A stretch of DNA of 64,000 bases from an uncultured Mycoplasmatota bacterium (GCA_947571135.1 CANOWY010000002.1:5569-69568), one strand, 5' to 3'. Counted from the first letter of the stretch, positions 30,127 through 39,927 are shown. Translations and numbers: made by a program. The notes: generated by a model from the sequence alone, not told the origin.

Positions 30127-30868
30127 ATGATGATGAATAAAGTAGTTATGATAACAGGTGCTCGTCGAGGTTTAGGACTTGCATGCGCTAAAAAATTTTC
30201 TGAGGGGGGGGTACTGCGTTGTATTAAATGGTAGAAGTCATGAAGAGGAAATGCATGTTATTTCTAAAGAGTTAGAAGAAAAATATTCTATAGAGTGTCT
30301 TGTTTGTATGGGAGATATTGCAAACGAAGAGGATGTAAAAAGAATGCTTGATGAAGTACAAAATAAATTTGGAAGATTGGATGTACTCGTTAATAACGCT
30401 GGGATTGTTTATGATATGGAAATAGAAGAAAGGGCAACAAGTGTATTTGAAGAAACCATGCATAATAATGTTACAGGTACTTATCTAATGTGTAAGTATT
30501 TTGGTAATTTCATGAAGAGCCAAGATTTTATGACGAGAATTATTAATATATCGAGTACAAATGGTATTAATTACAATATTCCAACAAGTATTGATTATGA
30601 TGCTTCTAAAGCGGCGATAAATTCTTTAACAAAAAACTTTGCATTAGAATATGCTCCAAATATTTTAGTGAATGCTATAGCGCCTCATTGGATAAATACG
30701 GAAATGAATGTTTCTTTATCTAAAGAAGAATTGGAAGAAGAGACATCAAAAATATATTTGAAGCGATTTGCAGAACCCGAAGAAATTGCAAATTTTGTAT
30801 ATTTTTTAGGTAGTGAAGAAAATACTTATATAACTAATGAAATAATGGTTATTTCAGGTGGATATTAA
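30127..30868 (+). pseudogene. SDR-family oxidoreductase (FabG-like) interrupted by a +1 frameshift in a G8 homopolymer. It may be phase-variable or a sequencing error.
   Basis: Frame 1 reads MMMNKVVMITGARRGLGLACAKKFSEGG and then hits a stop at 30232. Frame 2 (30179-30868) continues YCVVLNGRS...NAGIV...YxxxK. The frames switch at the G run 30204-30211, and deleting one G gives an intact ~246-aa SDR. Confidence 0.7.
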
Positions 30869-30886
30869 AAAGAAAAGAGGAATATT

Positions 30887-32410
30887 ATGAAAGAGAAATA
30901 TTATATATCAACAGCGATTGCTTATACTTCAGGAAAACCTCATATTGGAAATACGTATGAGATTGTTCTTGCAGATAGTATTGCTCGTTATAAAAGATTA
31001 AAAGGATACGATGTTTATTTTCAAACAGGTACAGATGAACATGGAGAAAAGATTGAATTAAAAGCCAAAGAAGCCGGAATTACTCCAAAAGAGTTTGTGG
31101 ATACTGTTGCAAATGAAATTAAAAGTATTTGGGACATTATGAATACGAGTTATGATAAATTTGTACGTACGACAGATGAACATCATGAAAAAATCGTTCA
31201 AAAAATATTTAAGAAGATGTTTGATAAGGGAGATATTTATTTAGGTGAATATAAAGGCCTTTATTGTACACCTTGCGAATCTTTTTGGACAGAAAGCCAA
31301 CTTGTGGATGGGAAATGTCCTGATTGTGGAAGAGATGTGGAATTAAAAGCAGAAGAGGCATACTTTTTTAAATTAAGTAAGTATCAAGACAAATTAATAG
31401 AATATATTGAGAACCATCCAGAATTTATAGAGCCTGAATCACGTAAAAATGAAATGGTTAATAATTTTTTAAAACCAGGATTGCAAGATTTATGTGTATC
31501 TCGTACTTCTTTCGATTGGGGAATACCTGTTGATTTTGATTCTAAACATGTTGTTTATGTATGGCTAGATGCTCTAACCAATTATATTACAAATATTGGG
31601 TATGACCCAGATGGCTCGAGTGAAGAATTTAACAAGTGGTGGCCAGCAGATTTACACTTGATTGGAAAAGATATTATTCGTTTTCATACTATTTATTGGC
31701 CATGTTTCTTAATGAGTTTAGAATTACCTTTACCAAAACAAGTTTTTGGGCATCCATGGCTTATTATGAGTGATGGAAAGATGAGTAAAAGTCGAGGGAA
31801 TGTGATTTATGCTGATGATTTAGTGAATGAATTCGGAGTAGATGCAGTGCGTTATTATGTATTGCATGAAATTCCTTTTGCTTCCGATGGAGTATTTACA
31901 AGAGATTTATTAATCGAAAGAGTTAATGGAGATTTAGTCAATATTTTAGGTAACTTAGTCAATCGTACAATTTCAATGGCTAAAAAATATTTTGAGAGTC
32001 ACTTAGAAAATAAAAAAGTAGTAGAAGACGTAGATACGGATTTAATATCTATGATAAATACTTTAGAAGAGAAAGTGGAAAGTAGAATGAATAAATTGGA
32101 GATTGGTTCTGCTATTGATGAGATATTTGATGTATTACGTCGTAGTAATAAATATATCGATGAAACTACTCCTTGGGTACTTGCAAAAGAAGAAGATAAG
32201 AAAGATAGATTAGAAACTGTACTTTATAATTTGATAGAAGCAATACGTGTGTGTGCAGTCTTTATAGAACCATTCTTGCCTGAAACTAGTGAGAAGATTT
32301 TAAGTCAGATTAATTCTAGTGATAAATCATTTCAGTATAATGAAAATATGGTATATGATTTGAATGAAGCAGAAATTTTGTTTCAAAGAATTGAAGTAGA
32401 AAAAGAATAA
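30887..32410 (+). CDS. metG: Methionine--tRNA ligase (short form without C-terminal tRNA-binding extension)
   Basis: 507 aa with HIGH-type motif (KPHIGNTYE), KMSKS, and zinc-knuckle cysteines CTPC...CPDC. Confidence 0.95.
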   Translation: MKEKYYISTAIAYTSGKPHIGNTYEIVLADSIARYKRLKGYDVYFQTGTDEHGEKIELKAKEAGITPKEFVDTVANEIKSIWDIMNTSYDKFVRTTDEHHEKIVQKIFKKMFDKGDIYLGEYKGLYCTPCESFWTESQLVDGKCPDCGRDVELKAEEAYFFKLSKYQDKLIEYIENHPEFIEPESRKNEMVNNFLKPGLQDLCVSRTSFDWGIPVDFDSKHVVYVWLDALTNYITNIGYDPDGSSEEFNKWWPADLHLIGKDIIRFHTIYWPCFLMSLELPLPKQVFGHPWLIMSDGKMSKSRGNVIYADDLVNEFGVDAVRYYVLHEIPFASDGVFTRDLLIERVNGDLVNILGNLVNRTISMAKKYFESHLENKKVVEDVDTDLISMINTLEEKVESRMNKLEIGSAIDEIFDVLRRSNKYIDETTPWVLAKEEDKKDRLETVLYNLIEAIRVCAVFIEPFLPETSEKILSQINSSDKSFQYNENMVYDLNEAEILFQRIEVEKE

Positions 32411-32584
32411 AGAACAAGTATATTACTTTTTTTCTTCTTTTTTTTAATTCAAGTGCTAGTCTTAAAAAAGAAATTTTAAGAATGAAATATGAGAGTATAT
32501 TTTATCAAAATGAAGAATATTGTAAAGATTTATACCATTAAAGAAAATAATAGTCGAATTGTAATTGAACTAAACTATTCTTTT

Positions 32585-34189
32585 TTATTTACTTAAAGAT
32601 TGTTTTAAAACTAGAGCACCATCTTCAGTAATTTCAAATTGATTTTGTTCTTCTAATAAAGGAGTGCTATTTGAATATATAATTGTTTTTTCGTTAAATT
32701 CTCCATTTAGTGTATTAAAATAGATTGTCCTGTTCTCTTTCTTCTCTTTAATTTGAAAATAATTTCCAATAGGATATATATATGTGTTTGCTTTGTTATA
32801 AATAATATTTCCTTTATTGTCTATTATGCTATTTTTAATTATTTCATAATTTCCAATAATAGTATTTCTTTTTGTTAAACAAGCATAACCATTTAAATAA
32901 CGAAAACCAAATTGTCCAAAATGAGGAGCAAATCCAAGTTGTTCATAGGGAATAGATTCTATTAAAACTTTTCCACATTCATCAATAATTTGCAAATTTT
33001 CATTAGTTTCATCGAAACCCAATCCATATTCTATTTTTGTATTTTCGTCAAAAAATTGGAAATGAATATCTTCATAAGGTGTTTCAATTGCTTTTTGTTT
33101 TGAAACAATATAAAGAATTCCTCCTTCTTTTTGTTTTAGCCAAATTTTGTCCGCTTTATTACATACCAAGTAATCGTAATTCATTACATTATCTAATTCA
33201 TATAAAATATTAAAATCCTCGTCTAATAAAGTTATATCATAGCAAATATCGTTTCCATGATTATCATAAATTATATTATTTTTAGTAATGGTTATTTTAG
33301 TTGCAAGTCCACTCATATCTAAAGGTCGGATTCCTATTCTTTCTGACTCAAAATGTTTTCCGTTAATAAGATTTATTCCAACAATTTTTGTATTTTCATT
33401 TATTTTAATATACATTAATAAAGTATCATTTTCTATTGTTGAATCAGTGATTGTTCCTAAAAGCGGTAACGGGAATTGTTTTAATATTTCTTGATCTGGA
33501 CTAATAACATAAATATTGTTATTTTTAACAATACAAATATTTCTCTTGTAATAATGTGGTTTTGTTTGGTCTTTTTTTATAACAATTTCGTTTTGTGTAT
33601 CAAATTTCTTTTCTCTATATTTTTCTATTCTTATTTCTTCTTTATCTCTGTCAATTAGTATTAAATTGTCATCGACTAAATAAGGCCAGGCTTTTCCACA
33701 ATCAAAAAGTTGCTCACCTTCTTCATTTAAAATTAATGTTCTTCTTTTTAGATAATCCTCTATAGTTGTTTCAAATAAATATAAGTCACTCCCTAAACAA
33801 CAAAATATTTCTGGCTTTAAGCCCTCGGTATTTGGAATATATTCTTTTGTTTTTAGATTAAATAATTTTTCTCCTATTTCAACTATATTTTCACTTATTT
33901 TAAAACAATTGTCATATTTATCAAAGGAAATTATAATTTCTTTTGTAGTAAAATTTATTAAATGTTTTTTCCGTTCCTTTTCCATTATGACATAAGTGGT
34001 TCCATTCATTTCGAATACATCATAAAGTTTATTAAATTCGGTGAATTCTAGAATTAGTGTTCCATTTGTTAAAAATTTTCTATTATTGCTTAATTCTATA
34101 AATAAAAATGCATCTTTTTTAACTATGTTTACTACTTTTACTTCTTTATTTCTTATACTTGTATTATTGTTACTTATTTCATTATCCAT
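32585..34189 (-). CDS. Hypothetical protein (534 aa), N/I/K-rich with no recognised domain
   Basis: A long ORF on the lagging strand with no signal peptide or catalytic motif detected. Confidence 0.5.
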   Translation of the reverse strand: MDNEISNNNTSIRNKEVKVVNIVKKDAFLFIELSNNRKFLTNGTLILEFTEFNKLYDVFEMNGTTYVIMEKERKKHLINFTTKEIIISFDKYDNCFKISENIVEIGEKLFNLKTKEYIPNTEGLKPEIFCCLGSDLYLFETTIEDYLKRRTLILNEEGEQLFDCGKAWPYLVDDNLILIDRDKEEIRIEKYREKKFDTQNEIVIKKDQTKPHYYKRNICIVKNNNIYVISPDQEILKQFPLPLLGTITDSTIENDTLLMYIKINENTKIVGINLINGKHFESERIGIRPLDMSGLATKITITKNNIIYDNHGNDICYDITLLDEDFNILYELDNVMNYDYLVCNKADKIWLKQKEGGILYIVSKQKAIETPYEDIHFQFFDENTKIEYGLGFDETNENLQIIDECGKVLIESIPYEQLGFAPHFGQFGFRYLNGYACLTKRNTIIGNYEIIKNSIIDNKGNIIYNKANTYIYPIGNYFQIKEKKENRTIYFNTLNGEFNEKTIIYSNSTPLLEEQNQFEITEDGALVLKQSLSK

Positions 34190-34257
34190 AGTCTTTCTCT
34201 CTTCTTTTTTATTATAAAGAAATATATTTTATTTGCAAGAAAAAACGAAAGTCTAGA

Positions 34258-34468
34258 AATTTACTTCTTCTTTTATTTTTGCTATATTGTTTTAGGAGGG
34301 ATACTTATGTTTTGTAATACACATTGTCATTTGTTTTAGGAATATTATGAATATATTGATGAAATTATAAAACTTGCAAAAGAACATGGGGTAACTCGTA
34401 TGATTGTAGCGGGTTGTGATGATAAGTCAAATAAAGAAGATCTTTAGTAGAAAAAGAAGAGATTTATA
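34258..34468 (+). repeat. Degenerate ~210-bp duplicate of the tatD promoter, RBS and first ~58 codons (copy 1)
   Basis: It is about 90% identical to 36802-37017. It carries a 1-nt deletion (creating TAG) and a 5-nt deletion, so it encodes only a broken TatD N-terminus (MFCNTHCHLF*). Confidence 0.8.
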
Positions 34469-34634
34469 CCAAGGACAAATTATTTGTGAAACAAAGAAAG
34501 AAGATTTAGAAAGTCATTTGTATGATGTTATAACTGCTTCTAATAATCCTTATATAGAAGAAGAATTTAATGAAGCATTATTACTTGCTTTACATAAACA
34601 AAGCGTGGATATGAAAAAAAATCCTGTTAAATAA
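34416..34634 (+). other. 72-aa chimeric ORF
   Basis: Its first 17 codons derive from the duplicated tatD fragment in a shifted frame. The rest (…ICETKKEDLESHLYDVITASNNPYIEEEFNEALLLALHKQSVDMKKNPVK) has no match I recognise. Confidence 0.2.
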
Positions 34635-34692
34635 AATCTTGACTCTTCCCTTGAGGTTAGGATTAAAATTCAAGTGAAAGAGAGGAAGATTT

Positions 34693-35682
34693 ATGATTAA
34701 AATTGGAGATTTTGCAAAATTATTTAATGTTTCACTTAAAACAATTCGTTATTATGAAAAGAAGGGTTTATTAACTCCTGCTTTAGTAGATATTTATTCG
34801 GGGTATAGGTATTTTGATAAATCCAATATTATACAAATGAGTAAAATTATGGCTTTAAAGGAATTAGGCTTAGAATTAAGTGAAATTCATAATTTAAGTG
34901 ATGATTTAGTACAGAAAAAAATAAAAGAATATGAAGAACAAATAAAAAAATATTCCAATCAAATTCATATTTTGAAAACTCTTTCAAAAGAAAATGGAGG
35001 AATGAAAAATTTGAAAACGTTTATTAATGACGAAAATGCTATAGGGAAATGGCAATTAGAAGGAGTTTATGAAAGAAAGGAAGACTATCCCCAAAAAAAA
35101 ATTGAATTTGATTTAGGAATAAAAGAATTATATTTAATGCCTAGTGGTCAAGAATATTGGGTCATTTCTTGGACAAAAGGAATTCTTTATATTTCGGGTC
35201 GTGAAAATAAGTACGAGATAGAAAATGACACGATGTTTGTGGAGTTAGTGGATCCAATGGATAAAAATGAGGCTAAGATAGTAGTATACAAAAGAGTAGA
35301 TAATCGTATTTATACTATTGACGATATTCGAGTAAGAGACAATACGCAAATAGATTTTGTGGAAGATAAAAAATTGATTGGCTTTTGGAAAAGTATTGAT
35401 TTTACTAATAATAAGGATGAATTTGCTTTAAGAGTGGAAAAGAGCACGTATGATTTATCCATGAAACAAATTGTTATTACTCCTGACAATAAGGTTATGA
35501 TTGATTATGGGGATAATATTATTAATACTACTTATACTAAAGGTTATATTCTTGATTTATGTTTTAAAGATACACTTTGTAAATATGATTATAAAACTAT
35601 TAATGGAAAAGATTATTTAATTGTTGAGTGGAAAAGCGGCGATTATATATTTGGAAAAATGATAAATGCTATTATGTATTAG
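34693..35682 (+). CDS. MerR-family transcriptional regulator with a large uncharacterised C-terminal domain
   Basis: The N-terminal MerR HTH is IKIGDFAKLFNVSLKTIRYYEKKGLL...GYRYFD. A coiled-coil linker and a ~200-aa beta-rich C-terminal domain follow. Confidence 0.75.
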   Translation: MIKIGDFAKLFNVSLKTIRYYEKKGLLTPALVDIYSGYRYFDKSNIIQMSKIMALKELGLELSEIHNLSDDLVQKKIKEYEEQIKKYSNQIHILKTLSKENGGMKNLKTFINDENAIGKWQLEGVYERKEDYPQKKIEFDLGIKELYLMPSGQEYWVISWTKGILYISGRENKYEIENDTMFVELVDPMDKNEAKIVVYKRVDNRIYTIDDIRVRDNTQIDFVEDKKLIGFWKSIDFTNNKDEFALRVEKSTYDLSMKQIVITPDNKVMIDYGDNIINTTYTKGYILDLCFKDTLCKYDYKTINGKDYLIVEWKSGDYIFGKMINAIMY

Positions 35683-35822
35683 AAAAAGAACAGATTTGAT
35701 ATTTTTATTTATATAGATTTTTATAAGCATAAATTTTTGAAGAAAATATATCAGTCAAGTTACTCATTTTTCCAAGGGGGTTATCATGTATTGTATATTA
35801 TTAATGTGGCCTTTTTTAACTC

Positions 35823-35851
35823 TTGACAGAAGGTCGGGGGGGGGTTATAAT
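35823..35851 (+). promoter_or_regulatory. Consensus sigma-A promoter TTGACA-N17-TATAAT whose spacer contains a G9 homopolymer (candidate phase-variation switch)
   Basis: The -35 is at 35823-35828, the spacer GAAGGTCGGGGGGGGGT at 35829-35845 (G9 at 35836-35844), and the -10 TATAAT at 35846-35851. The gene start is at 35880. Confidence 0.6.
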
Positions 35852-35879
35852 ACCAAACAGTTCAAGGGGTGTTTAGTGT

Positions 35880-36803
35880 ATGTGTAATCCAGAATTAAAA
35901 CAAGATATTTCTATGGCTACTAATATTATTCATGATAATAGTAATTATAAAGATAAGTATATAAAACATTGTGTCATTCCTGCTAGAGGAACAGAAAATG
36001 TGACTGAGTTATTTTCAAAAATAGAGAGTTCTTTCGAAAAATCTCTTATTGTAACAGGAAGTGGCGATCAAGCGTTAGAGGCTATCTTATATGGTGCAAA
36101 AGAAATTCATTCTTTTGATATAAATGCTCTTGCTAAATATGGTAGCGCTTTAAAATTTGCGGCGATTGAGGCATTGGAATATAATGAGTTTTGTGCATTT
36201 TATACTAAGATGTTTCCTACACAGTTATATAAAAAAATACGTGAGTTTTTAAAAGGAAATTTTTTACTTTTTTGGGATTGCATTTTTGATTATGCTTATA
36301 ACTTTGATGTTTACCATTCCCTTTTCAATGCTGATGTTCATGGAAATTTAACAAAGTTTGGTTTTTCTATTTATGATAATAAAAAAGCATATTATCAAAT
36401 TAAAGATAGATTGGGTAAAGTTGCTATTACTTATGCAACGTGTGATCTTTTAGATATACGTTCAAAATTTATGGAAGAAAATTCTTATGATTTTGTTTAT
36501 CTTTCTAATATATTTTATTATATTAATCAAACGCCTGAAATATTTAGTGATTTTATTTTACAAAATATATATCCTCTTTTAAAAGAAGATGGGGAAATGA
36601 TATTGCATTATTTATATAGTGTTTATGGAAGAAGTGATGCTATTTTTAGATCTATTTTAGAAGACATTATTTATGGAGATCAAGACATAAAAGATATTGA
36701 AGAATTTGGTAAGTATTTGAATATGAAGAAATACATTATTGAAAGTTCTGGCTATGGTTTTGGATATAAAGATAAAGATGTTGCTCTTTCTTTGAAGAGG
36801 TAA
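35880..36803 (+). CDS. Hypothetical protein, possibly DUF3419-like (BtaA-N-like SAM-dependent transferase fold)
   Basis: 307 aa. The motif block LIVTGSGDQALEAILYGAKEIHSFDINALAKYGSALKFAAIEALEY resembles the DUF3419 N-terminal signature. The assignment is tentative. Confidence 0.4.
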   Translation: MCNPELKQDISMATNIIHDNSNYKDKYIKHCVIPARGTENVTELFSKIESSFEKSLIVTGSGDQALEAILYGAKEIHSFDINALAKYGSALKFAAIEALEYNEFCAFYTKMFPTQLYKKIREFLKGNFLLFWDCIFDYAYNFDVYHSLFNADVHGNLTKFGFSIYDNKKAYYQIKDRLGKVAITYATCDLLDIRSKFMEENSYDFVYLSNIFYYINQTPEIFSDFILQNIYPLLKEDGEMILHYLYSVYGRSDAIFRSILEDIIYGDQDIKDIEEFGKYLNMKKYIIESSGYGFGYKDKDVALSLKR

Positions 36804-36851
36804 ATTTACTTCTTCTTTTGTTTTTGCTATATTGGTTTAGGAGGGATACTT

Positions 36852-37598
36852 ATGTTTTGTGATACACATTGTCATTTGTTTCGAGAGTATTATGAAGATG
36901 TTGATGAAATTATAAAACTTGCAAAAGAAAATGGGGTAAATCGTATGATTGTAGCAGGGTGTGATGATAAGTCAAATAAAGAAGTATTATCTTTAGTAGA
37001 AAAAGAAGAGATTTATGGGACACTTGGCATACATCCAGAAGAAGTAGAAAATTTTAAAGAGAGTGATTTGAATTTTATTGAAGAAAATTTACAGAATAAA
37101 AAAATTATTGCGATTGGAGAAATTGGCTTGGATTATCATTATGGAAAAGAAAATAGGAAAGATCAAATTCAATTATTTGAGTTACAACTTGCTTTAGCAG
37201 AGAAATATCATATACCAGTAGTGGTTCATTCTAGAGAGGCTACTTTAGATACAATTAATTCTTTAAAAAAATATAATGTTAAAGGTGTTATTCATTCTTT
37301 TAGTGGGAGTTTAGAAACTGCTAAAATTTATATAGAGATGGGTTTTTTACTTGGTGTTAATGGTGTAATTACATTTAAAAATTGTAATTTGAAAGATGTC
37401 ATAAAGGAAATTGATTTGCATAATATTGTATTAGAGACTGATTCTCCTTACTTAACTCCTGTACCTTTTCGTGGAAAAAGGAATGATTCTAGTAAAATTT
37501 CAGTAATTGCTGATTATATTTGTGAGTTAAAAAATGTTTCACGTGTAAAGTTAAGTGAAGTTACAAATGTAAATATTAAACAGTTTTTTGACATTTAG
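36852..37598 (+). CDS. tatD: TatD-family metal-dependent DNase/hydrolase
   Basis: 248 aa with CDTHCHL at the N-terminus and conserved His/Glu/Asp positions. It is in the yabD position after metG. Confidence 0.9.
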   Translation: MFCDTHCHLFREYYEDVDEIIKLAKENGVNRMIVAGCDDKSNKEVLSLVEKEEIYGTLGIHPEEVENFKESDLNFIEENLQNKKIIAIGEIGLDYHYGKENRKDQIQLFELQLALAEKYHIPVVVHSREATLDTINSLKKYNVKGVIHSFSGSLETAKIYIEMGFLLGVNGVITFKNCNLKDVIKEIDLHNIVLETDSPYLTPVPFRGKRNDSSKISVIADYICELKNVSRVKLSEVTNVNIKQFFDI

Positions 37599-37636
37599 TT
37601 TGATGTTTGGTAAACTTATTTTAGTAAGAAATAATA

Positions 37637-38191
37637 TTGCGAGGTGAAATAAGAATGTGTCAATTTTTTAAAATGATTAAAAAGTTTTCTCAATTAACTT
37701 TGCTTATTTTACTTGTGATATTTGTTGAATCTAGTAATAATATAAAAGAGACTAAAGTTTTAAATGATAATTATAATAAATCTATTGATTTGGCCACTAT
37801 GGCTATGAAGTTAAAAGAAGATATTGCAAATGATTTATATAGTGCAAAAGATACTTTTACGGGAGATTTAACTAGTTATTTGCCGACTTGTCCTTTGTGT
37901 AGTGGACGTCTTGCATGTCTTCCTAAATATAATGTATTGGACGGAACGGAAACATATGATGATCTTTCTTATGGGAATGTTAAAATAGTTGCGTCTAGTA
38001 AAAACTTGCCTTGTGGTTCCATTGTTCGTTTGAATAAAACAAAATTATCTGATGAACCTGTTCTTGCTATAGTACTTGATCGAGGGGTTTTAGGGAATGA
38101 TTTGGATTTGTTAACTTCAAATGAAGCGTATGCTTATCAAGTTGGTCGTTCAACCGTTACTTATGATGTTTTGAGAAATGGATGGCAATAA
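37637..38191 (+). CDS. 3D-domain protein (YabE-like), probably membrane-anchored or secreted
   Basis: It has an N-terminal hydrophobic segment and a C-terminal 3D/RlpA-like region (GSIVRL...LAIVLDRG...D). This is the yabE position between tatD and rsmA. Confidence 0.55.
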   Translation: MRGEIRMCQFFKMIKKFSQLTLLILLVIFVESSNNIKETKVLNDNYNKSIDLATMAMKLKEDIANDLYSAKDTFTGDLTSYLPTCPLCSGRLACLPKYNVLDGTETYDDLSYGNVKIVASSKNLPCGSIVRLNKTKLSDEPVLAIVLDRGVLGNDLDLLTSNEAYAYQVGRSTVTYDVLRNGWQ

Positions 38192-38215
38192 GCCATTTTT
38201 TCAGTTGGAGGAATT

Positions 38216-38998
38216 ATGGAATATATAAAAGCAAAAAAAAAATATGGACAAAATTTTTTGAAAAATGAGGAAGTATTAATTAAGATTGTTTCTAGTGTGG
38301 AAATAGACATGAATGATTTGATTTTAGAGATTGGTCCTGGCATGGGAGCATTAACTTCTTATCTTGTTAAGAAAGATATTTCTCTTCTTTGTTATGAAAT
38401 TGATGAACGTATGCAGCCATTTTTAAAAAAATTTGAAGGTGAAAAGTGTAAGATTATCTATGATGATTTTTTAAAAAGAAATATTGTAGATGATATAAAA
38501 AAGATACCTTTTCAAAATCTATATGTAGTTGCAAATATTCCTTATTATATTACTTCTCCTATTATTGTAAAGTTAATAGAGATGGAAGAAAAGCCCAAGG
38601 AGATTGTATTGTTGGTTCAAAAAGAGTTTGCAGAAAGAATTGTAGCGAGTGCAGGACATAAGGAATATAATGCTTTTACTTTATTTGTCGATATAGAGTA
38701 TGAGGCAGAACTTTTATTTTTAGTGGATAGAAATCAATTTTTTCCTGTACCAAATGTGGATAGTGCGGTTATTAAGTTAACGAGAAAAGAAAAAATAGAT
38801 ATCTTAAATAAGGAGAAATATTTAAGATTTATTCGAGATGCTTTTTCAAATAAGCGTAAAACTTTAAGAAATAATTTAAAAGAATATGACTGGGAAAAAC
38901 TAAAAAATATTTTAGAAAAATTGGGCTATAAGGAAAATGTTCGTGCCGAAGAGATAAATAAAGAAGATTTTAAAAAATTAGTCAATCAATATGAATAG
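38216..38998 (+). CDS. rsmA: 16S rRNA (adenine1518/1519-N6)-dimethyltransferase RsmA/KsgA
   Basis: 260 aa with the KKYGQNFL N-terminal signature and SAM motif LEIGPGMGALT. Confidence 0.93.
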   Translation: MEYIKAKKKYGQNFLKNEEVLIKIVSSVEIDMNDLILEIGPGMGALTSYLVKKDISLLCYEIDERMQPFLKKFEGEKCKIIYDDFLKRNIVDDIKKIPFQNLYVVANIPYYITSPIIVKLIEMEEKPKEIVLLVQKEFAERIVASAGHKEYNAFTLFVDIEYEAELLFLVDRNQFFPVPNVDSAVIKLTRKEKIDILNKEKYLRFIRDAFSNKRKTLRNNLKEYDWEKLKNILEKLGYKENVRAEEINKEDFKKLVNQYE

Positions 38999-39025
38999 AT
39001 GATTTTTATGAAAGTAATATTTTAG

Positions 39026-39066
39026 CGATATAGCATATAAAGTTTAGTGCTGTATCGTTTTTTTTA
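39026..39066 (+). terminator. Rho-independent terminator after rsmA
   Basis: A 10-bp stem (39026-39035 / 39048-39057) with a 12-nt loop, followed by a T9 run. Confidence 0.55.
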
Positions 39067-39138
39067 TTACGTTTTAGAAAACGATAAAAATTATGCAAAA
39101 AAATAGTATTTTTGCATAGAATATATTGGTGAAGAATT

Positions 39139-39918
39139 ATGCCAGTTAAAAAAGGCGATATTGTGACTCGTAAAAGTTATGAACATGATACTTTGTTTAA
39201 AGTAATGAATATTAAAGGAAATATTTGTTATTTAAAAGGACTAGATGTTCGTTTGTATGCTGATAGTGAAGTAAGTGATTTAAGTTTGGCAACAGAAGAA
39301 GAAATAGAAGAATTAAAAAAGGAGGAAAAGGAAGAAAATGATGAGCCGCTTGATCGTAGTGCTTTCTTTTATCTTCCAGGAAAAGTTTTGCATTTGGACG
39401 GGGATAATGAATATTTAGGAAGATGTCTTGCTTATTATAAGAAACATAATATTTTTGCAGTTGGAAAAAGAGTAAGTGAATCTGAAGTGGCTAGTAAAAT
39501 TCGTAGTATGCTTCAAGAATATAATCCTGATATTGTGATTATTACAGGCCATGACGCTTATTTTAGAAAAAAAGGTAAAATGGAAGATATTCATAATTAT
39601 AAGAATACGGAAAATTTTGTGAAAGCCGTGAAAGAGTGTAGAAGATATGAAAAAAGCCATGAAAAATTAGTAGTGATTGCTGGGGCTTGTCAAAGTAATT
39701 ATGAAGAACTTATTAAGGCGGGGGCTAATTTTGCTTCTAGTCCAAAGCGTGTAAATATTCATTGCTTGGATCCAGCAATTATTGCTACAACATTATCTTT
39801 AACGGAACGGAATAAGGAAGTTGATTTGATTGCTATGCTTGAAAAAACAAAATACGGGAGTGATGGCATGGGGGGAATTATTTCCAATGGTCTTATGTAT
39901 GTTGGATATCCAAGATAA
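39139..39918 (+). CDS. yabG: Sporulation-specific protease YabG
   Basis: There is a full-length match to B. subtilis YabG (GDIVTRKSY...LF, LPGKVLHLDGD, DIVIITGHDAY, VIAGACQSNYEELIKAGANFASSPKRVNIHCLDP). Confidence 0.88.
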   Translation: MPVKKGDIVTRKSYEHDTLFKVMNIKGNICYLKGLDVRLYADSEVSDLSLATEEEIEELKKEEKEENDEPLDRSAFFYLPGKVLHLDGDNEYLGRCLAYYKKHNIFAVGKRVSESEVASKIRSMLQEYNPDIVIITGHDAYFRKKGKMEDIHNYKNTENFVKAVKECRRYEKSHEKLVVIAGACQSNYEELIKAGANFASSPKRVNIHCLDPAIIATTLSLTERNKEVDLIAMLEKTKYGSDGMGGIISNGLMYVGYPR

Positions 39919-39927
39919 GGGGGAAAT

